Assembly: GCA_036918135.1 (NCBI GenBank)
Contig: JBALDB010000015.1
Coordinates: 192,001 to 256,000, forward strand
DNA length: 64,000 nucleotides
Source: Nostoc sp.
Lineage (GTDB): Bacteria; Cyanobacteriota; Cyanobacteriia; Cyanobacteriales; Nostocaceae
Direction: 5' to 3'
Every line of letters starts with the position of its first letter. The stretch's first letter is position 1. Made by a program: the position numbers and the translations under genes. Positions 51,532 through 61,359 of this stretch are shown in pieces. The notes under the pieces were generated by a model. The model was not told where the DNA came from and did no database searches. It saw only the letters and a list, made by a program, of their open reading frames with translations.

Positions 51532-52771
51532 ATTGTTAAATTCTAACCTTGACAATTTATTATTCCCAAATGACCAAGATTCTCGCCTTTTCTTCTTAAA
51601 TCAGCAAATAGCGAACAGTTATCAGATCTATGATGTGGTATTACGATGCATCAATGTTTACCACCAACTTTTTTGGCATACTTTGAGTGAAGAGACAAAA
51701 CTGATAATTGTTAACAAACTCATTGTGTACTTTCACGGAGAATCAAATTTAGTTTGGAGATTACTATCTTTTTTGGGGAATAAAATCTCGGTAATTACAG
51801 AGAAAAATTACACCAACTCATCTTTAAGAAACATAAGACTATTTATGTATAGTAATTAAAAAAACTGAATATCTATGAATTTAGTAATTTTACTGAAGCC
51901 AGTCATTGTTTTTCCTTCATAAATTTAATTATTGATTCCTCTACCGTAGTTTTCCGGTTGATTCATATTCAACTGAACTGGTAACAAAAAATTAATGGAG
52001 AATTCTTTGACAATCGTGTATAGGTACTGTTTGATCGGGAAAGCTGACTGTCTTTCTCCATCAATGACACTGTCGTTCCCTAGATGAAAGAATTTGTAAA
52101 AAATAATTCAGAAATTTAAAGTTTTTTTTATTACTAATTCTTAATTAGGGTATTTACTTAGGAAAGTATTTGTGATATTTTCATGTTGACATCATAACTT
52201 TAAAAACACCAGACTAAGTTTAGTAAACACATTTAGATGTATTGATTTGATGATGAGTATCAATTTTGCATACTTGCAAGAGAAAATTTTGAATAAAACT
52301 TTGTATAAATTATGTAACATTAACCAAGTAACAAACTGTGCTTAATTTATTCAAACTATCGTGAGAATTTTCCCATACAGAACAGCTAAATCATTGAATT
52401 GATGAAACTCCAAGACTCCAACTTTATACTTTGCAGAAAATTGAGCAGTCATACCAATCTTGATTTTCCAGCTATTGTGACTTCAAAGTTGAAGAATTAT
52501 TACAAACTCTCTTTGTTTTGAATAATCTAACAGCAGTAACCGTGTGAGCTAAATATAGGTTTCTAATTAGTAAACTTGTTATCTGTGGTATGACGTATTT
52601 ATACACACTCAATCCCCAGTCGGAAAGTTAGGAGTTAGAAGTGAGCCAGCTTAGTTTTAAAGGTTTTCTTGATGAGGGAATGGCAAACCCCAAAAGAGTT
52701 AAGAACTGTATTAATTCTTCATCGCTAACTCGTAACTTGACGACTCCCTTTTACCTTCAGACTTATTTGAC

Positions 52772-55700
52772 ATGACTTATATAAAGAACACTTTTCTGGA
52801 ATTTATCGCCACCCTAGAGGGGTTCGATCGCTTACCGGACGAAGCGATCGCCAACGTATCCCAACAACTACAAGCTTGGCGCTATCGCTTGGGTCAAAAA
52901 CTGATCGGTAAAGAAAATCTGCCGCAACAGATATCGATCGTTTATGAGGGACAAGTGCGATTGTTGGGATACGAACCGCAAACGCAAATCCCAACCACCT
53001 TGAAATTACTGCAACCAGGGGAAATCATTGGTGAAATTGGTTTATTGCGCGATATTCCTTGTGAAACAGCGATCGCTTCCACCGAAGTAATATGTCTAAC
53101 CTTGAGTGCAGCAGTATATTTTCAGCTTTTAGATACATACCCAGCTTTTGCACAAGCTCGGAAAAACCGCAGTAATTTAGTCGAAGTTTTCGACATTCTC
53201 GGTTCCTATTGGCAAAAGCAAGCGATCGCCACATTAAATCTTAAAGAATTGACACAAACAGCTTTACCAGAAGCGACAATTGATTATTTGCCTCCAGGAA
53301 AAAATTCATTCGAGCAACTCGATAGCAAACGCGTTTGGTTTGTCAGTGGTGGGGGTACAGTAACGAATTTTTCTGTTGGCGAACGGTTAGAACAACACGA
53401 CGATCGCGACAAACTCCAAGTTATCGGTGAAAGTCCTGTACGCTTGGTGGGTCTAAATCCCTCAAATTTAATCTTGCAAAACACTCATCAGCTAGAACTT
53501 GCAGTCAGTGACACCGAATCGCATAGTCAAGACGAAATAGATATTCCCTACGCATCGGATGAAATAGTTGTACCACAAACAACCACTCAGACCTCAAATA
53601 GTTCGGCAAAACGGATAAAATACCCATTTTTTGGCGGTAAAGGCGAATTAAATACAGCCTTTGCCTGCTTTCAAATGCTCACGAAACACTTAGAAATACC
53701 GTTTCGTCGAGAAGTGATTCGCCGCATTTTAAACGAGCAAATCAAACGTCAGGGTACTATCTCGTTTCCAGCTATTGCCTACCTAGCAGAGTTAATTGGA
53801 CTCAAGGTACAACTTGTAGAGCTGCCTGTGGCGTCAGTAACGCGCATTCCAACACCAGCGTTAATTCGCTATGCTGATAATTTTGCCGTTTTATATGCAG
53901 CCGACGCTAATACTATGGTTGTGGGTGTACCATCCCAAGGAATTGTTCGCTGCAAACCCGCTCAATTTGTCGAACAATTAGATATCGACCCTACTAACTT
54001 TCCGCCGCAAGTTAGGGTATTACTGCTGACACCCACTAAAGAAACGCCCCAAGAACGTTTTGGTTTGCGGTGGTTTCTTCCTTATTTGTCACGCTATCGC
54101 CGAGTACTGATTGAAGTATTTATTGCTTCATTTTTCGTACAGTTAGCAGCATTGGCGAATCCCTTAGTCGTGCAGTTAATTATCGACAAAGTTATCACCC
54201 AAAATAGTATCGGTACTCTACATATTTTGGGTGTTTTACTATTAGTTGTCGGGCTATTTGAAGCAGTATTAACTACCTTACGAACCTATTTATTTGTCGA
54301 TACCACAAATCGCATCGATATGGGTCTAGGTTCGCAAATTATCGACCACTTACTACGTCTACCGTTGCGCTACTTTGAACGCCGACCGGTGGGTGAACTT
54401 TCTACTCGGATTAACGAATTAGAGAACATCCGTCAATTCCTCACCGGTACTGCTTTAACAGTGGGGTTGGATGCTCTATTTTCCTTGGTTTATATCGGTG
54501 TGATGCTGATTTATAGTTGGCAACTCACCTTGGTAGGTTTAAGCACAATTCCCGTGTTTGTGATTCTTACTTTAATAGCATCTCCCACGATTAGCAGACA
54601 ATTACGCTCGAAAGCCGAACGTAATGCCGAAACTCAATCTTATTTAGTGGAGGTGATGTCAGGAATTCAAACAGTAAAAGCGCAAAATATCGAATTGCGA
54701 TCGCGCTTTTCCTGGCAAGAGCGTTATGCTCGTTTTGTCGCTGCTGGTTTTAAAACAGTTGTCACTTCTACCCTCGCCAACTCTACTAGTAACTTTCTCA
54801 ACAAACTCAGCAGCTTACTAGTTTTATGGGTAGGAGCTTATTTAGTACTCCAACAACAATTAACCTTAGGTGAATTAATCGCCTTTAGAATTATCTCCGG
54901 TTACGTTACCAGTCCAGTATTGCGCTTAGCTCAACTTTGGCAAAGCTTCCAAGAAACTGCCTTGTCTATAGAACGTTTGAGCGATATTGTCGATACGCCA
55001 GAAGAAGCAGAAACAGACCGCTACAATATACCCTTACCAACGATTACCGGAGCAGTCAAATACGAGAATGTTTCCTTCCGATTTGGTACCAGTGGGCCTC
55101 TCCAACTTTCTAACGTCAACCTCGAATTTCCTGCTGGAAAATTTATCGGGATTGTCGGACAAAGTGGTTCTGGCAAAAGTACGATGATGAAATTATTGCT
55201 GAGGCTTTATGAAACCGAGTCTGGCAGAATTTTAATTGATGGTTATGATATTGCCAAAGTAGAACTTTATTCACTGCGACGACAAATTGGTGTAGTTCCC
55301 CAAGAAACATTGTTGTTTGATGGAAGCGTTCAAGAAAATATTGCTCTGACAAATCCCGATGCAACAACCGAAGAAATTATCCAAGCGGCTCAGGTAGCCT
55401 GCGCCCACGAATTTATCATGAACTTGCCCAACGGTTATAACACGCGGGTAGGAGAACGGGGTTCTGCACTTTCTGGTGGACAACGGCAAAGAATTGCGAT
55501 CGCCCGTTCGGTTTTACAACGACCAAAATTACTCGTTTTAGATGAAGCAACCAGCGCATTAGATTATCCTACAGAGCGACAAATATGTCTCAACTTAGCG
55601 AGGTCGTTCAAGGGAAATACAGTATTTTTTATTACTCACCGATTGAACACCGTCAGTAATGCAGACATCATCGTTGTGATGGATAACAGCAGAGTTATAG

Positions 55701-55780
55701 AACAAGGTAGCCATCAAGAATTAATGGCTGCTAAAGGTCATTATTACTACTTATATCACCAACAAGAAGTGAACTTATGA
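52772..55780 (+). CDS. Type I secretion ABC transporter (cNMP-binding, C39-like, TMD and NBD domains; HlyB-like)
   Basis: GEIGLL (cNMP fold), GQSGSGKST, LSGGQRQR, LDEATSALD, ITHRL. Confidence 0.92.
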   Translation: MTYIKNTFLEFIATLEGFDRLPDEAIANVSQQLQAWRYRLGQKLIGKENLPQQISIVYEGQVRLLGYEPQTQIPTTLKLLQPGEIIGEIGLLRDIPCETAIASTEVICLTLSAAVYFQLLDTYPAFAQARKNRSNLVEVFDILGSYWQKQAIATLNLKELTQTALPEATIDYLPPGKNSFEQLDSKRVWFVSGGGTVTNFSVGERLEQHDDRDKLQVIGESPVRLVGLNPSNLILQNTHQLELAVSDTESHSQDEIDIPYASDEIVVPQTTTQTSNSSAKRIKYPFFGGKGELNTAFACFQMLTKHLEIPFRREVIRRILNEQIKRQGTISFPAIAYLAELIGLKVQLVELPVASVTRIPTPALIRYADNFAVLYAADANTMVVGVPSQGIVRCKPAQFVEQLDIDPTNFPPQVRVLLLTPTKETPQERFGLRWFLPYLSRYRRVLIEVFIASFFVQLAALANPLVVQLIIDKVITQNSIGTLHILGVLLLVVGLFEAVLTTLRTYLFVDTTNRIDMGLGSQIIDHLLRLPLRYFERRPVGELSTRINELENIRQFLTGTALTVGLDALFSLVYIGVMLIYSWQLTLVGLSTIPVFVILTLIASPTISRQLRSKAERNAETQSYLVEVMSGIQTVKAQNIELRSRFSWQERYARFVAAGFKTVVTSTLANSTSNFLNKLSSLLVLWVGAYLVLQQQLTLGELIAFRIISGYVTSPVLRLAQLWQSFQETALSIERLSDIVDTPEEAETDRYNIPLPTITGAVKYENVSFRFGTSGPLQLSNVNLEFPAGKFIGIVGQSGSGKSTMMKLLLRLYETESGRILIDGYDIAKVELYSLRRQIGVVPQETLLFDGSVQENIALTNPDATTEEIIQAAQVACAHEFIMNLPNGYNTRVGERGSALSGGQRQRIAIARSVLQRPKLLVLDEATSALDYPTERQICLNLARSFKGNTVFFITHRLNTVSNADIIVVMDNSRVIEQGSHQELMAAKGHYYYLYHQQEVNL

Positions 55781-55842
55781 GCAGGAATCATAATTCCCAA
55801 TCGGCTACATCCCACTGCACTAACAGAATTCAGTAATAACCA

Positions 55843-55882
55843 TAGGGTGGACACTAGTAATCGATGCTGGTGTCCACCCTAC
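55843..55882. repeat. REP-like palindrome within the exporter operon
   Basis: TAGGGTGGACACTAGTA-ATCGA-TGCTGGTGTCCACCCTAC. Confidence 0.7.
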
Positions 55883-55925
55883 AAAAATTTCATTTTCAAT
55901 CCCTAATCCCTAATCCCAAATCAAT

Positions 55926-57494
55926 ATGACTCAACTTAATGGAAATCACACCAACGGTAATTATAAGAACGGAGCAAAACAAGATTCACGAGTAGTTACA
56001 AAACAACAGAAAACTGCTCCAGAATCTTTAATTAACTCAAATCCTCAAGAGTTTGAGCAATCCGTTATTTTGCGCCAATCTCCAGTTTGGTCGCGTACAA
56101 TCATGGTGACTTTAATGGCCTTAGCTTGTTTTGGAATTGCTTGGGCTTATTTTGCCAAAATTGAGCAAGTAGTACCAGCAACAGGACAATTAAAACCCGA
56201 AGGAACAGTTAAAGAAGTTCAGGCTCCTGTAAGTGGAGTAGTCAAAGCAGTTTATGTCAAAGATGGGCAAGAAGTCAAGCAAGGAGATTTGCTACTGACT
56301 TTTGATTCCATCGCCTCTGTTGCTGAATTAAATTCTTTGAATAAAATTCGGATCGGATTAACTAAAGAAAACCAAATTTATCGGCGACTAATGGGAGCAA
56401 GTACTGGTACTACATCAGAATTATTGTTTTTACGTAGTAAATTGCCACCAGAAACTGCTTTTTTATTGAAAAGCCGCGCGGCTTTAGTATCAGAAAATGA
56501 CTTATTGCGAACTCAATTAAGAGATTCAGGTCAAGATTATGCACTGGGAATTGATGAACAGCAACGTCTACAAGTTGCCAAAAAAGAATTAGATTCTCGT
56601 TCTTCAGCAGCGCGGTTAGAAGTAGAAAAAACCAAAAAACAACTTACTCAAACCCAAGTTAAATTGGAAGACAGTAAATCAAGTTTAGCTATTCAACAGA
56701 GAATTTTAGATAAACTAAAAATCCTCTCAGAAGAAGGTGGCATCTCTCAGCTTCAGTATCTCAACCAACAACAAGAAGTACAAAACCGTACTGCGGAAGT
56801 AGCGCAATTAGGCGAAGAAGTGAAACGTCTCCAGTTGGATATTGAAAAAGGACAACAAGAGGTAAGCAATACAGTAGCTGTCACTGATAAAGATGTTTTG
56901 GATAAAATCGCTGATAACAAAAAACGTATTGCCGAAATCGATAGCCAATTCATGAAAGTTGTACTGGATAATGAACAACGTTTAGCAGATGTCAATAGTA
57001 AAATCTCTCAATCACAGTTAAATGTTAGATATCAAGAACTCCGCGCACCGGTAGCTGGAACAGTTTTCGATTTACAAGCCAAAAATCCTGGATTTGTAGC
57101 GAATCCAACTACAAAAATGCTGCAAATTGTCCCAAACGAAAACTATATCGGTGAAGTTTTCATTACAAACAAAGATATCGGTTTTGTGCGAAAAGGTATG
57201 AAAGTAGATGTCAGAATTGACTCCTTTCCTTACAGTGAGTTTGGTGATATTAAAGGAGAAGTAATGGGAGTAGGATCGGACGCATTACCCCCGGATCAAA
57301 CGCATCAATTTTATCGATTCCCAGCAAAAATCCATTTGGATCGACAATCCTTAGTTATTAAGAGTAAAAACGTGACTTTACAGTCAGGGATGGCTATCAG
57401 CGCCAATATAAAAGTGCGAGAAGAACGAACTGTGTTGAGTCTGTTTACCGAGTTATTTACTAAGCAAGTTGATACTCTTAAAGAGGTTCGTTAA
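55926..57494 (+). CDS. HlyD family membrane fusion protein
   Basis: N-terminal TM helix, VQAPVSGVV..VYVKDGQ.V..GD, long coiled coil, LRAPVAG, DIGFV..GM.V.VRIDSFPY. Confidence 0.93.
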   Translation: MTQLNGNHTNGNYKNGAKQDSRVVTKQQKTAPESLINSNPQEFEQSVILRQSPVWSRTIMVTLMALACFGIAWAYFAKIEQVVPATGQLKPEGTVKEVQAPVSGVVKAVYVKDGQEVKQGDLLLTFDSIASVAELNSLNKIRIGLTKENQIYRRLMGASTGTTSELLFLRSKLPPETAFLLKSRAALVSENDLLRTQLRDSGQDYALGIDEQQRLQVAKKELDSRSSAARLEVEKTKKQLTQTQVKLEDSKSSLAIQQRILDKLKILSEEGGISQLQYLNQQQEVQNRTAEVAQLGEEVKRLQLDIEKGQQEVSNTVAVTDKDVLDKIADNKKRIAEIDSQFMKVVLDNEQRLADVNSKISQSQLNVRYQELRAPVAGTVFDLQAKNPGFVANPTTKMLQIVPNENYIGEVFITNKDIGFVRKGMKVDVRIDSFPYSEFGDIKGEVMGVGSDALPPDQTHQFYRFPAKIHLDRQSLVIKSKNVTLQSGMAISANIKVREERTVLSLFTELFTKQVDTLKEVR

Positions 57495-57506
57495 CTTATG
57501 AAGTTG

Positions 57507-57615
57507 TATAGCAGGAGGCAAGGGGCAGTTCTTGCTGGAGGCAGGAGGTAGAAACATTACTCTTCCTGACATTCACGCTTGTTATTATGTCCTAACCTAT
57601 ATGACTACAGCTATA
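57507..57615. mobile_element. TATAGC-bounded miniature element (copy 3)
   Basis: Aligns with 13039..13144 and 616..715 (reverse complement). Confidence 0.75.
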
Positions 57616-57651
57616 AAAGCAATTGCTAATTCATTAATGCTGAGATTGGAT

Positions 57652-57730
57652 GGTGCGTTAACCTTTGGCGTAACACACCTTACTAATTAATGCATATAAA
57701 ATTATCGATAGGGCGTACAGTTGTACGCCT
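57652..57730. repeat. Two degenerate REP-like palindromes
   Basis: GGTGCGTTA...TAACACACC and GGCGTACA-GT-TGTACGCC. Confidence 0.6.
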
Positions 57731-57777
57731 ATAAAGCTGTTGTTAGAAACATTAAACAACTTAAGATTTTGCCACAA

Positions 57778-58758
57778 TCATTTCACTTGAAACATCAAAT
57801 ACGTTCCTCCTAAACCTTCTACAATGGTGCGTGTATTAGCAATCATCATTTTCTGATAAGTATCTGCTTCGCTTCCAGGTTCTCCAAGTCCCTCGGAATA
57901 CAGTTCCCTGTCAGAAATTTTCACATCAGCTTGTGTGGCTACAGATTGAATCAAATTAGGATTAATTGCTACCTCTGAAAAAATGGTTGGTACTTTAGTC
58001 TGTTTAATATTTTTAGCTAAATTATTCACTCGTGCAGCTGTCAGTTTTTCTGTACTAGTAATACCTTCCATTCCCCCTGCTAATGAGATACCGTATGCTT
58101 TAGCATAATAACTTAGGGCATCAGAGGTAGTAACTAACTTGCGTTGTTTAGCAGGAATACTCGCAATTGTTGATTTAATCCAGCTATCTAGTTGAGTGAG
58201 TTCATTTGTGATTTTTTTGGTATTGCTGGTATAAACTTCTGCATCACTAGATGCTAACTTTCTCAAGTTACTATTAATGACTTTTACCATCTCGATCGCA
58301 TTCTTAGTATTGTGCCAAACATGAGGATCGGTTAATATCCTATCCCCTTCCTGAAATTTTTGTGGTTTAGACACTGCAAGCCCGACAGCTATTTTTGGTG
58401 CAGAATTTTTAGTCGCTTTGATTAATTTGATTAAATTTGGTTCAAAATTGTAACCAGTATAGAAAATCAGATTAGCTTGCTCTATAGCTTTACGATCTTC
58501 TGGTTTTGGTTTATAAATTTTGGGATTGGTAGTCGGGGAAATTAAACAAGTGAGGTTAACTGTATTCCCTGCAACTTGTCTAGTTAAGTCACAGAGTACG
58601 CTTGTCGTTGCTACAACTCGCGGAAGATTCTCATTTACCTCGGTACTAGTCTGAGTAAATGTAGTTCTTATAGCTTGATTTTGACACCCAACAAATCCAA
58701 TCATTAATGCAATAAGTATACCTCGGAATAAAGTTTTTTTGTGTGATTTTTTTGACAT
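57778..58758 (-). CDS. Metal ABC transporter substrate-binding lipoprotein (ZnuA/TroA family), atypical ligands
   Basis: Lipobox FVGC, VVATTSVL.DL...VAG, G.NFE, DPHVW, TYQKMM..N. Confidence 0.88.
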   Translation of the reverse strand: MSKKSHKKTLFRGILIALMIGFVGCQNQAIRTTFTQTSTEVNENLPRVVATTSVLCDLTRQVAGNTVNLTCLISPTTNPKIYKPKPEDRKAIEQANLIFYTGYNFEPNLIKLIKATKNSAPKIAVGLAVSKPQKFQEGDRILTDPHVWHNTKNAIEMVKVINSNLRKLASSDAEVYTSNTKKITNELTQLDSWIKSTIASIPAKQRKLVTTSDALSYYAKAYGISLAGGMEGITSTEKLTAARVNNLAKNIKQTKVPTIFSEVAINPNLIQSVATQADVKISDRELYSEGLGEPGSEADTYQKMMIANTRTIVEGLGGTYLMFQVK

Positions 58759-59564
58759 CCTTATCTCCTAGTGGATGCATAAAAAAAGATAATCAATATT
58801 CTTGAACAAGTCAGAATTGATGAATTCAAAATTTAAAATTCAACAAACAAGGTTTTTGCAGATAGAATGTAGCTTCACGCAACGGGCTGCAAAACTGCTA
58901 AAGGTAAAAGCACCAGGATACGAGGCGATGCTAGGGTGTCTTCGATAGAAAGTCTAGTGCAGTTCTCTGACCGTATACATCAAGCAACTATACCATTGTG
59001 CCGATCTACCGTCAAAGTGGCAAATTGATTAAGAAAAGAAACATAGGATAATGGGGCGAGCAATCGTAGGGGTTGATAGAAGCAAACTAAGTCGTGAATC
59101 TAAGGCAATTGTAGCTGTGGTTTTGCGAGCTGTGGATATGTATTTGTTACAAAATTGGTGAATTGGTGATTTTTAACCATTAGCTAATTGCTCTTATTTC
59201 TTAAAAAAAGCTATATTTAGGAAAAGCTAGCGATCGCCCATCTCAACCCCATCATCAAAAGCAATTGTTTATACTAAAGTAGCAGATACGCTCGCCGGAA
59301 TTAGCACTATACCATACCTGTTTGACAAAGTTGCTCAGAGGGCGATCGCAAACAAATCAATCTCAATCGTTCGGCAGAATATTACTTAGATGAATAAATA
59401 AAAGTCCAGTCAATCAATTTTCGATTTTGGATTCAATAAAACCTAAAACAGGCAAGCTTTTAACCCCATGCAGTCGGACTCAAATTCATTATGACTTCTG
59501 GCTCAGGAGTTAGTGAATTATTTAGAAAACAATTTCTTAAAGCTGACATCGATTAAGATTAACA

Positions 59565-59900
59565 ATGGTAATTCTAGTTGTCATCATTAACACCTTGATT
59601 TCGTTGCTCCTACTCTATGTCGCTTGGCAGGTATGGCAACTCAAGCAGCAACTAGCATCTGTAGCAGATAGGTTAACCGCCTACGAAATTTGTACCCATG
59701 CAACACTCTATAAAGCACCTGAAAATATTTATTTAAGTCAGCAGAAAATTTATAACTTACGGCAGAGAAACCAAGTACTACAGATACAAATTCAACAAGT
59801 GCAACAAATTATCAGTCTGATTTTGCTAGGACGGCAAATCTGGCAGCGTTATTTTCCAAGGCTAGAGTTAACACCAGCGAAAACAGCACTCAAAAAATAA
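59565..59900 (+). CDS. Hypothetical protein, N-terminal TM plus coiled coil
   Basis: Hydrophobic N-terminus and Q-rich helix; co-oriented with the next two genes. Confidence 0.7.
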   Translation: MVILVVIINTLISLLLLYVAWQVWQLKQQLASVADRLTAYEICTHATLYKAPENIYLSQQKIYNLRQRNQVLQIQIQQVQQIISLILLGRQIWQRYFPRLELTPAKTALKK

Positions 59901-60226
59901 GTTAATTAACAAAAAACAACAATTGAAGAACTCTTTAACTAGAAGTCAGAATTATCAGTGCCCAATTCTGACGCCTCGGCAGAGCTTTCTTGCTTTGCTC
60001 TGAATTCTTAGAATAAAAGCAACATGTATGGCTGATATTTTGTCAGGATAGTAACTACTACACTGTGAGGAAAGCTTGCCTACCTAAAACAAGCGGCTTA
60101 AGCCCCTTGCCTGGTGAGTTGATGATGGTAGCTGGATTTGCGCTCTGCTGCATATAGATAAAATTGTTCAAGTCTTGCAAGGGGGGAAAACCCACCTAAA
60201 ATGGGTCTAAGGAGAGAAACAACAAG

Positions 60227-60574
60227 ATGTCTAATAACCGTTCTGGAATATTTGTTGGTGGTTTGATGCTGGGAGCGACAATCGGTGCCTTAGCCGGATT
60301 GCTGGTTGCTCCACGTACAGGGCGCGAAACGCGTAAAATTTTGCGAAAATCTGCCAATGCTATCCCAGAATTGGCAGAAGATATATCAACAAGCGTGCAA
60401 ATCCAGGCAGATCGTCTTTCTGCTAGCGCACTGCGAAACTTAGACGAAACTTTAGATAGATTACGGGAAGCGATCGCCGCAGGTGTAGATGCTAGTCAGC
60501 AAGAAAGCCAAGTCTTGAAGCGGCAATCTGTTGAGGACTCAGATTCTCTTCCCCACCAATTAGAACGCTTATAA
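60227..60574 (+). CDS. YtxH domain protein
   Basis: GLMLGATIGALAGLLVAPRTGRETRK. AAGGAG RBS. Confidence 0.88.
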   Translation: MSNNRSGIFVGGLMLGATIGALAGLLVAPRTGRETRKILRKSANAIPELAEDISTSVQIQADRLSASALRNLDETLDRLREAIAAGVDASQQESQVLKRQSVEDSDSLPHQLERL

Positions 60575-60585
60575 ATAACGTAACC

Positions 60586-61125
60586 GTGATTGAACCCCTG
60601 TTTTGGTTGGGACTTTCCTTACTCTTAGTCGCTACAAGCTTGACTGCGGTTTTAGTGGCGGCTATACCGGCTTTGCAGGAGTTAGCACGGGCTGCTCGCA
60701 GTGCAGAAAAGCTATTTGACACACTCTCGCGAGAGTTACCGCCTACTCTAGATGCTATCCGCGTCACTGGTTTAGAAATTACTGACTTAAGCGATGATGT
60801 CAGTCAAGGTGTCAAAAGTGCTAGTCAAGTCGTCAAACAAGTTGACCAAAGCCTTGATACTGCAAGAAAACAGGCTCAAAATCTGCAAGTAGGTACACGT
60901 AGCGTCTTAGTTGGCGTCAAAGCAGCTTGGAAAAACTTCACGCGCCAAAAACCAACAAGGCGAATTAGCGATCGCCTCGCCGACAATGAAAAACCAGCAC
61001 TCACGTTGCGAGAACGAGAAGTATTCAGACAAGAAAATCACCGCATTAAAGCAGAAGCCTATCGCATCAATGACGCTTATAACGAGACTGCTAACTGGGA
61101 AACAGATTTCGATGATGAAGATTGA
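60586..61125 (+). CDS. DUF948/YoxC-like membrane-anchored coiled-coil protein
   Basis: TM helix, then ELARAARSAEKLFDTLSRELPPTL..IR.TG.EI. Confidence 0.75.
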   Translation: MIEPLFWLGLSLLLVATSLTAVLVAAIPALQELARAARSAEKLFDTLSRELPPTLDAIRVTGLEITDLSDDVSQGVKSASQVVKQVDQSLDTARKQAQNLQVGTRSVLVGVKAAWKNFTRQKPTRRISDRLADNEKPALTLREREVFRQENHRIKAEAYRINDAYNETANWETDFDDED

Positions 61126-61359
61126 ATTGGGAATTAGGGATTTGGGACTAGGAAATAAGATTAAAAACACTATCTTCTAATACCCAATTTTCACTACCCA
61201 GTACCCAATACCCAATCCCCAGGCCCCAATACCAAAAACGCTTTGCTTTGATCCCTAAGATTAGAGTAAAGTAAACAAGTGTAAAGAAGTATGATTTTTC
61301 CAGTACTCTTTTAAAACAACTAGTTCACTTTTACCTTTGATATTTCTATAAAAACGTTC

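Noticed and set aside
51512..51859. 115-aa ORF divergent from the large kinase
   Set aside because: Overlaps the kinase start, AT-rich, with no motif or RBS; likely spurious.
58860..59150. GC-richer intergenic patch, possible gene remnant
   Set aside because: The frames I translated are interrupted and match no family I recognise; it needs BLASTX.
61268..61285. HLR1-like repeat upstream of the TPM gene
   Set aside because: Mismatches in both half-sites in AT-rich DNA; too weak without conservation data.
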